From contig JAHIJO010000005.1 of NCBI GenBank assembly GCA_018898455.1, positions 6,591-70,590 of the forward strand: DNA of 64,000 bases. The letters run 5' to 3'. The notes beneath the pieces were generated by a model. That model was not told the origin of the DNA, did no database searches, and saw only the letters and a list, made by a program, of their open reading frames with translations. A program made the position numbers and the translations under genes. This document shows positions 57,428 through 64,000 of the stretch, one piece after another (the stretch's first letter is position 1; each line of letters begins with the position of its first letter). The stretch is from Verrucomicrobiota bacterium (lineage in GTDB: Bacteria > Verrucomicrobiota > Kiritimatiellia > JAAZAB01).

Positions 57428-58513
57428 ATGGCCCAACAGAAACCCATATCTCCCCGCGTGCTCATGATGGGCAACGAAGCGGTGGGCGAAGGCGCTATCC
57501 GCGCCGGATGCCAATGTTACTTCGGCTACCCGATTACACCGCAAAACGAATTGACAGCGTACATGGCGAAACACATGCTTGAACACGGACGAGTGTTCAT
57601 TCAATCGGAGAGCGAACTGGCGGCCATCAGTATGGTATTCGGCGCCGCGGCCGCCGGCGCGCGGGCCATGACAAGTTCCTCATCTCCCGGCATCAGCCTC
57701 AAACAGGAAGGCATTTCCTACCTGGCAGGCGCCAGATTACCGGCGGTGATCGTCAATGTCCAGCGCGGCGGACCGGGCCTGGGCGGGATTGATCCGTCGC
57801 AATGCGATTATTTTCAGGCAGTCAAGGGAGGCGGTCATGGGGATTATCATTGCATCGTCCTTGCGCCGGCCTCGGTCCAGGATATGCACGATATGACCGT
57901 GGAAGCATTTCGCCTGGCAGACCGTTATCGAACACCGGTCATGGTTCTGGCCGATGGACGCCTGGGACAAATGATGGAACCGATTACCCTTTATGCCGCG
58001 CCCCCGCCTCCAGTTCCGGCCAAGCCATGGGCCTTGACGGGCGCAACAAAGCGCGAGGCGCGAAATATTCGTTCATTGTTCATGGCTGAAGGCGGTTTGG
58101 AAAAACACAATATCATCCTCCAGGAAGTTTATCAGCAGATCAAGCGCACGGAACCACGGAGCGAAGAGATCCTGACGGAGAATTGCGACTATGCGATTGC
58201 GGCCTGGGGTACCTGTGCGCGAATCGCCAAAGAAGTGATTCAAAAGGCACGCGCCCAGGGCCTGCGAGCCGGGCTCTTCCGCCCGATCACGCTCTGGCCT
58301 TTCCCCTCGGAATCGCTTTTGGCGCTTGCCGGCAAAGTCAAAGCTCTGCTGGTGGTTGAAATGAATGCCGGGCAGATGCTTGAAGATGTTCAACTGGCCG
58401 TGAAGGACCGTGTCCCCGTGCATTTCAGCGGATATCCAGGAGGCCGGGTTCCCACGACATCAAATATGTTATCGGCGCTGACCCTTATGGCGCAGCAATT
58501 CCGAGGCCTATGA
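57428..58513 (+). CDS. 2-oxoacid:ferredoxin oxidoreductase alpha subunit
   Basis: ..MMGNEAVGEGAIRAGCQCYFGYPITPQNE.. typical PorA/KorA/VorA N-terminus. Confidence 0.85.
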   Translation: MAQQKPISPRVLMMGNEAVGEGAIRAGCQCYFGYPITPQNELTAYMAKHMLEHGRVFIQSESELAAISMVFGAAAAGARAMTSSSSPGISLKQEGISYLAGARLPAVIVNVQRGGPGLGGIDPSQCDYFQAVKGGGHGDYHCIVLAPASVQDMHDMTVEAFRLADRYRTPVMVLADGRLGQMMEPITLYAAPPPPVPAKPWALTGATKREARNIRSLFMAEGGLEKHNIILQEVYQQIKRTEPRSEEILTENCDYAIAAWGTCARIAKEVIQKARAQGLRAGLFRPITLWPFPSESLLALAGKVKALLVVEMNAGQMLEDVQLAVKDRVPVHFSGYPGGRVPTTSNMLSALTLMAQQFRGL

Positions 58514-59301
58514 ACACGAAAAAAAACCATCCCGCGCGGCGCAGTAAAAAACAGATGCTGTATCAGCGTCCAAAATCGCTGACCAACGTGCCCATGCACT
58601 ACTGCGCCGGTTGCGGCCACAGTCTGATTCACAAGGTGCTGGCGGAACTGATGGACGAACTCGGCATTCGGGAGCGAACGATCGGCGTGGCGCCGGTGGG
58701 ATGCGCCGTACTGGCCTATTTCTATCTAAAATGCGATATTTCCGAAGCAGCTCACGGCCGGGCCGCGGCCGTCGCCACCGGCATAAAACGCGCGTTGCCA
58801 GATCGCATTGTTTTTTCCTATCAAGGCGACGGCGACCTGGCAGCCATTGGCATGGCAGAAACGGTCCACGCCGCCAATCGCGGAGAGAATATTACCGTCA
58901 TTTTCGTCAACAACACGGTCTATGGCATGACGGGAGGCCAGATGGCGCCCACCACCCTTGTGGGGCAGATCACACCCACCTGCCCCAAGGGACGGGATCC
59001 GCTGACCATGGGGCCGCCAATCCGGGTCTGTGAATTACTGAATACGCTGGATCGGCCCTATTATATTGAACGGGTCGCCCTGGACGGTCCCCAAGGCGTT
59101 CTGGCCGCCAAGCGGGCATTGCGGACAGCCCTCACGGCCCAGATTGACAACAAAGGATATACTTTCGTGGAAGTGTTGTCCCCCTGCCCCACGTATTTCC
59201 GGCTCTCTCCGATAGAGTCCTTGCGTTTCGTAAAGGAGTCCATGGTCCCCGTATTTCCAGTCGGGGTATTCCGCAAAGAAGGAGTTGCCATCCATGCTTG
59301 A
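58510..59301 (+). CDS. 2-oxoacid:ferredoxin oxidoreductase beta subunit (TPP-binding)
   Basis: ..YCAGCGHSLIH.. and GDGD TPP-binding motif. Start overlaps the alpha subunit stop. Confidence 0.85.
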   Translation: MNTKKNHPARRSKKQMLYQRPKSLTNVPMHYCAGCGHSLIHKVLAELMDELGIRERTIGVAPVGCAVLAYFYLKCDISEAAHGRAAAVATGIKRALPDRIVFSYQGDGDLAAIGMAETVHAANRGENITVIFVNNTVYGMTGGQMAPTTLVGQITPTCPKGRDPLTMGPPIRVCELLNTLDRPYYIERVALDGPQGVLAAKRALRTALTAQIDNKGYTFVEVLSPCPTYFRLSPIESLRFVKESMVPVFPVGVFRKEGVAIHA

Positions 59302-59821
59302 ACGCATCCTGATCGCGGGATCCGGCGGCCAGGGGATTCTCCTGATTGGCAAAATGCTGGCCCAGCTGGCCATCGGCAAAGTGCCGTATCTCACCTTCTT
59401 CCCGTCCTATGGCGCGGAAGTGCGCGGCGGCACTTCGAATTGCCAGGTCATTCTCTCGTCGCATGAAATCGCCTCCCCCCTGGCGGAGGAGTTTGATTCG
59501 CTGATGATCATGAATCAGCAAAGCGCGCCGCGGTTTCTGCCGGGACTGTCCCCGACCGGCCTGGCCGTCATCAACCAGTCGCTCTGCCGCCTGGCTCACG
59601 ATAAGCGATTTATCATGATCCGGGCCACGGACATTGCCGATCATCTGGGCAATGCGCGCGCCGCGAATTTTGTGATGCTGGGCGCCTGGCTGGCGCACAA
59701 ACCGCTGATTCCGGTTCCTGACGTCGAGCAGTGGATCGCCGAAAGTTTCACCGGCGCAAAGCCGGCCGTCATTGAAGCCAACCTCAAGGCATTTCAGGCA
59801 GGACTGAAACACAAATCTTAG
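59285..59821 (+). CDS. 2-oxoacid:ferredoxin oxidoreductase gamma subunit
   Basis: MLERILIAGSGGQGILLIGKMLAQ.. gamma-subunit N-terminus. Confidence 0.8.
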   Translation: MPSMLERILIAGSGGQGILLIGKMLAQLAIGKVPYLTFFPSYGAEVRGGTSNCQVILSSHEIASPLAEEFDSLMIMNQQSAPRFLPGLSPTGLAVINQSLCRLAHDKRFIMIRATDIADHLGNARAANFVMLGAWLAHKPLIPVPDVEQWIAESFTGAKPAVIEANLKAFQAGLKHKS

Positions 59822-59854
59822 ACCCAGGCATCCCTATCAGCAGACCTGCCCCGA

Positions 59855-61498
59855 TCAAGAAAGAACCGGCGGACGCAATGCCGCAACCGCGGCCCGGCGC
59901 ACAGCGGGGATCAGTTTGGCGCTTACGCTGACGATCCGAATGCCCAGACTGATCAACTTGCCGATATAAGCGGGATCTCCAGCCAGCTCGCCACATACGG
60001 AAAGCGGCCGGCCCTGTTCCTCCGCCGCGCGAACCATGTCCGCCAGCAACCGCCAGAACACTTGCCGATCCGGGGTGAAGTCATAAGAGACCCGTTCATT
60101 ATTGCGATCCACTGCAAATAAATATTGAATCAAATCGTTGGTTCCGACACTGGCGAAATCGGCGCTGGCCAGCAATTCCCGGGCCTGCAGACAGGCCGAG
60201 GGCACCTCGAACATGACGCCGTGAGAAATCCGGCCCGCTTCAATATCGCGCGTCGCCTGTTGGAACATTTTTTTTAATGCCAGAAACTGTTCCATATCGA
60301 TAATCATCGGGTAGAGCACCTGCACGGGCCCCAGTTGCGAGGCGCGCGTCAGCGCGCGCGCCTGAGCCGCCAGCAAGTCCGGATGGGCCAGAAGAAAGCG
60401 GCTACCGCGGAATCCCAGGTAGGGGTTCTGTTCCGGCGGAATCTCAAAATATGGCGCTGCCTTGTCCCCGCCGACATCGAGCAGACGGACGGTAACCGGC
60501 TTGCCGTTCATTGCCTTGACCACGGCGGTGATTTTTTCGAACTGCTCGTCTTCATTCAGCAAATGCCCCGCGGAAAAGAATTCGAATTCAGTTCTGTACA
60601 GGCCTATCCCTTCTGCCAGCATGGCATTGGCCTCGGCGACATCCGCGGCGGTCGTTATGTTGGCCATGACCTGCAATCCCGGGACCGGCGTAATGGCCAT
60701 CGCTCCCGATTCCGGGGGCGGCTGCACCGCCGGCATCGCCTGGACGGTGGTCTCGGAGGGCCAGACGATCACTTCACCCGTATTGCCGTTGATCAACACT
60801 TCGGTTCCGCAACTGATGGCGCCGTGAATACCCTTGATGCCGGTCACGGCAGGAATGCCCAAAGCGCGCGCCAGGATGGCGGCATGCGAAGTTTTTCCGC
60901 CCCGTTCGGTCACAAATCCACGGGTATGTTCAGTATCCAAAGCAAGCGTCAGCGTGGGCGTCAGCTCATCGGCAACAATGATCCGGTTGCGTCCCTTCTG
61001 ACAATGGGGCTGACCGGCGCACTGCAACGCGGGATTAATATTTCCGAGAATGTCCAGCAGGCGCCGCTTGATTTCGCCGATATCCGAAGCCCGATCTTTG
61101 ATATATTCATTGTCCACTTCCAACAAGCGGGACTCATACGCTTCCAACACGGACGTCACGACCGCCTCGGCATTGGCGTTTTTAGCCTGGACCGTCTCCA
61201 GCATCCGCTGTTTCAAGGCGGGATCCTGCAGAATCTGTGCTTGGGCTGAAAAGATTTCCGCCTCCGCTTTGCCCACGCGGGAGGCCACATCCTGGCGCAA
61301 TGCCTCCAGTTGCGTCACCGCCAGATCCATTGCCCGCAGAATGCGGTTCCGTTCCCGTTCCATGCCTTCACCGCTCACCCGATACACGGGCAAATTGGCA
61401 TGGCGCCCCTCATTAAAGAGGCAGACTTTTGCCGCTACCACCCCTGCACTGATCGGGATACCCTGGAGCCGGATTTCTTCTCTGTAATTGATATTCAT
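59855..61498 (-). CDS. ptsI: Phosphoenolpyruvate--protein phosphotransferase (PTS enzyme I family)
   Basis: Phosphohistidine domain ..GGKTSHAAILARALGIPAVTG.. and PEP-utilising TIM barrel ..NDLIQYLFAVDRNNERV... ATG 61498 overlaps the RND gene stop (ATGA). Confidence 0.8.
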   Translation of the reverse strand: MNINYREEIRLQGIPISAGVVAAKVCLFNEGRHANLPVYRVSGEGMERERNRILRAMDLAVTQLEALRQDVASRVGKAEAEIFSAQAQILQDPALKQRMLETVQAKNANAEAVVTSVLEAYESRLLEVDNEYIKDRASDIGEIKRRLLDILGNINPALQCAGQPHCQKGRNRIIVADELTPTLTLALDTEHTRGFVTERGGKTSHAAILARALGIPAVTGIKGIHGAISCGTEVLINGNTGEVIVWPSETTVQAMPAVQPPPESGAMAITPVPGLQVMANITTAADVAEANAMLAEGIGLYRTEFEFFSAGHLLNEDEQFEKITAVVKAMNGKPVTVRLLDVGGDKAAPYFEIPPEQNPYLGFRGSRFLLAHPDLLAAQARALTRASQLGPVQVLYPMIIDMEQFLALKKMFQQATRDIEAGRISHGVMFEVPSACLQARELLASADFASVGTNDLIQYLFAVDRNNERVSYDFTPDRQVFWRLLADMVRAAEEQGRPLSVCGELAGDPAYIGKLISLGIRIVSVSAKLIPAVRRAAVAALRPPVLS

Positions 61499-64000
61499 GA
61501 TGTCCTTTTCAACCTCCTGGAGCGCCACAGAAGATAAATGGCCGGATAAACAAGCAGTTCCAAAATAAAAGAGGTGAATAAACCGCCAACCATCGGGGCG
61601 GCAACCCGCTTCATCACGTCAGCCCCCGTACCCAGCGACCACATGATAGGCATGAGACCCATCGAGGCCGCAGCAACGGTCATCATCTTCGGCCGAATTC
61701 GTTTAACCGCGCCATGAATGATGGCTTCGTGCAGGTCCGAAATATTTTGCAGACGGCCCTTCCGTTTCGCCTCCTCATACGACAGATCCAGGAACAGAAG
61801 CATGAACACACCGGTCTCCGCATCCAGCCCCATCAACGCAATCATCCCCACCCACGCGGCAATGGAGATATTATAGCCCAGAACATACATCAGCCACACG
61901 GCGCCGACTATTGAGAAGGGCACGGCCAGCATAACGATCATAGCTTTGAACGCCGACTTGGTGTTCATATACAGCAGGAGGAAAATGAGCAGGATGGTTA
62001 TGGGAACGATGATCTTCAACCGTTCGCGCACGCGCAGCATGTTCTCGTATTGGCCGCTCCAGACCAGGGTGTAACCGGTGGGCAGCTTCAATTCTTTGGC
62101 TACGGCCTGTTTGGCCTCTTCGACGTAGCCGCCGACGTCGCGGCCGGTGAGGTCAACGTAAACGTAGCCGGCGAGCATGCCGTTTTCGTTGCGGATCATG
62201 GCCGGACCGTTAACCAAGCGGATATCGGCCACCTCAATGATCGGCACCTGTACACCGTTGCGTGTGGTGACGAGTACGCGTTCGAACTGGTCAAGGTCGG
62301 CCCGCAGGTCCCGCGGGTACCGGAGGTTGATGGTGTAGCGCGCGCGGCCTTCAATGGTGGTGGAGATGGTTTCCCCTCCGATGGCCGTCATGATGACCGT
62401 ATGCAAGTCGTCCAGGGTCAGCCCGTAACGGGCCAGCGCCTCGCGTTTCGGTACGAAATCCACGAAGAACCCGCCGGCGGCACGTTCGGCGTAAATACTG
62501 CGTGTGCCGGGCACTTTACGGAGGATCGTTTCAATCCGCTCACCGATACTCTGGATCGTGTCAAGGTTCGCGCCGAAAACCTTGATGCCGACGGGAGTGC
62601 GCACACCCGTGGAAAGCATGTCGATGCGGCCTTTGATCGGCATGGTCCAGGCGTTGACGTTGCCGGGAATTTGCAGGGCGCGATCCATCTCGTTGATCAA
62701 TTCCTCCCATGAAATGTGAGCCGGCCATATCTGGCCAAAGACGGCCGCCAGCGGCTTCGGCGCCCAGGAGGAATACCAGCGGTGTTTGACGCGCCACTCG
62801 CCCGGCGGCTTGAGCACCACGGTCGTCTCCATCATGGAGAACGGCGCCGGATCGGTAGAAGTGTCGGCGCGTCCGGCTTTACCGAACACGGAGACCACTT
62901 CCGGGAAGGCCTTCAGGATGCGGTCCTCAATTTCCATGAGCCGTTGCGCTTCGGTGACGGAAATGCCAGGCAAGGTGGTGGGCATGTAGAGAATCACGCC
63001 TTCATTCAGCGGCGGCATGAATTCGTGGCCCAGTTTCAGGTAGACCGGCACCGCCGAGGCCATGATCAAGACCGCCAGCGCGACGGTGAGTTTCGGATGG
63101 CGCAACACCCAACGGCAGGGCCGTTCGTACAACGCAAACAGCACACGGCTGACGGGATGTTTTTCCTCAGGATAGTATTTGCCGACAGTGATGCCGTTGA
63201 CGATCCACGCCAGCCAGCGAGGGCGGAAATGAAACGGGTCCATGCGCGCAAACAGCATACGCACGGCGGGATCGAGCGTGATCGCCAGCAGGGCCGCCAG
63301 CGCAATGGCCAGGGTCTTGGTGTAGGCCAGCGGCTTGAACAACCGTCCCTCCTGCTCGATGAGCGTAAAAACCGGCAGGAACGCTACCGCAATCACCAGT
63401 AGTGAAAAGAACACCGAAGGGCCGACTTCCATGAGGGCCTCCAGCCTGATTTTGTGGAAATCGCCGTGGCGGCCCTCCTCCTGCCAGCGTTCAAGTTTTT
63501 TGTAGGCGTTTTCCACCTCCACGATGGCGCCATCCACCAGCACGCCGATTGAAACGGCGATACCGGCCAGGCTCATAATGTTGGAAGTAATGCCCATCAT
63601 GTACATGGGGATAAAGACCAGCACGACGGAGATGGGGATCGTAATGATCGGCACGATGGCCGAGGGCATGTGCCAGAGGAAAAACAGGATTACCAGGCTA
63701 ACGATAATCATCGTCAGGATTAGTTCGTGTTTGAGATTGTCAATGGATTCCCGGATCAACCCCGAACGGTCATAGGTGGTGACGATCTCAACGCCTTCGG
63801 GCAGTGACGGTTTCAACTCATCCAGTTTGGCTTTTACACGCTTAATCACATTCAGCGCATTCTCGCCGTGGCGCATAACGACAATCGCGCCGACCGTATC
63901 GCCCTTGCCATCCAGATCCGCTATGCCGCGGCGGATTTGCGGGCCGAGCTGGATGTCGGCCACATCGCGCAAGAGCACCGGCGTGCCTTTCAGGTCGGTC
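61495..64000 (-). CDS. Heavy-metal-efflux (HME) RND transporter permease, CzcA/CusA-like; 5' end lies beyond the window
   Basis: ..DVADIQLGPQIRRGIADLDGKGDTVGAIVVMRHGENALNVIKRVKAKLDELKPSLPEGVEIVTTYDRSGLI.. matches the CusA/CzcA family. Only the C-terminal ~830 aa are in the window (partial). Confidence 0.85.
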   Translation of the reverse strand, partial: TDLKGTPVLLRDVADIQLGPQIRRGIADLDGKGDTVGAIVVMRHGENALNVIKRVKAKLDELKPSLPEGVEIVTTYDRSGLIRESIDNLKHELILTMIIVSLVILFFLWHMPSAIVPIITIPISVVLVFIPMYMMGITSNIMSLAGIAVSIGVLVDGAIVEVENAYKKLERWQEEGRHGDFHKIRLEALMEVGPSVFFSLLVIAVAFLPVFTLIEQEGRLFKPLAYTKTLAIALAALLAITLDPAVRMLFARMDPFHFRPRWLAWIVNGITVGKYYPEEKHPVSRVLFALYERPCRWVLRHPKLTVALAVLIMASAVPVYLKLGHEFMPPLNEGVILYMPTTLPGISVTEAQRLMEIEDRILKAFPEVVSVFGKAGRADTSTDPAPFSMMETTVVLKPPGEWRVKHRWYSSWAPKPLAAVFGQIWPAHISWEELINEMDRALQIPGNVNAWTMPIKGRIDMLSTGVRTPVGIKVFGANLDTIQSIGERIETILRKVPGTRSIYAERAAGGFFVDFVPKREALARYGLTLDDLHTVIMTAIGGETISTTIEGRARYTINLRYPRDLRADLDQFERVLVTTRNGVQVPIIEVADIRLVNGPAMIRNENGMLAGYVYVDLTGRDVGGYVEEAKQAVAKELKLPTGYTLVWSGQYENMLRVRERLKIIVPITILLIFLLLYMNTKSAFKAMIVMLAVPFSIVGAVWLMYVLGYNISIAAWVGMIALMGLDAETGVFMLLFLDLSYEEAKRKGRLQNISDLHEAIIHGAVKRIRPKMMTVAAASMGLMPIMWSLGTGADVMKRVAAPMVGGLFTSFILELLVYPAIYLLWRSRRLKRTS

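Noticed and set aside
60335-61249. 304-aa plus-strand ORF, plus 62050..62712 and 62716..63402
   Set aside because: Antisense to ptsI and the RND pump genes.
1-64000. CRISPR arrays, tRNA/rRNA genes, transposases or integrases
   Set aside because: No regularly spaced direct repeats, no tRNA-like cloverleaf candidates noticed and no transposase/integrase-like ORFs. The only candidate mobile signature is the composition-shifted RM island.

Overview
High-GC (~58-60%) bacterial chromosomal segment with about 60 tightly packed protein-coding genes and many overlapping stop/start junctions (ATGA/TTGA). The 4Fe-4S-rich gene set and the PEP-CTERM/exosortase content suggest an anaerobic, possibly PVC-superphylum-like organism; this is inference only. 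Main blocks: (1) 0.2-9.4 kb: a secreted beta-helix-like protein, an AraC-like remnant, a flavoprotein, an NYN/YacP-like protein, an MscS channel fused to a ParB-like domain, a GT2 glycosyltransferase and two SDR epimerases. (2) 9.4-15.8 kb: type II secretion/type IV pilus-type genes (GspF, ExeA/MshM-like ATPase, GspE/PilB) with a CheY-like regulator and a REC-HK-REC hybrid kinase. (3) 16-25 kb: an ArsR-type regulator with a shared promoter/operator architecture in front of two operons, encoding polytopic membrane proteins, a minimal exosortase-like protein and a 977-aa multipass-membrane protein ending in a PEP-CTERM-like sorting tail. This is the most unusual locus in the window. (4) rpsU, gmd plus an rmd-like reductase, a flippase-like membrane protein and murC. 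(5) 30-34 kb: an inserted restriction-modification operon (C5-MTase, NotI-like endonuclease, Vsr) carrying an unknown fourth gene, between murC and argC. (6) 35-49.5 kb: a LacI-associated locus of two URO-D-like paralogs, three large hypotheticals, Gfo/Idh/MocA and FAD oxidoreductases. (7) gnd, a HAD hydrolase, a NagA-like protein, family-4 UDG, pssA-psd, a polyferredoxin, a four-subunit 2-oxoacid:ferredoxin oxidoreductase operon, ptsI and a partial HME-RND pump. A ~90-nt leader sequence conserved at ~90% identity sits upstream of two distant oxidoreductase genes. No rRNA, tRNA, CRISPR array or transposase was found. Many long ORFs in the supplied track lie antisense to real genes and are high-GC artefacts.
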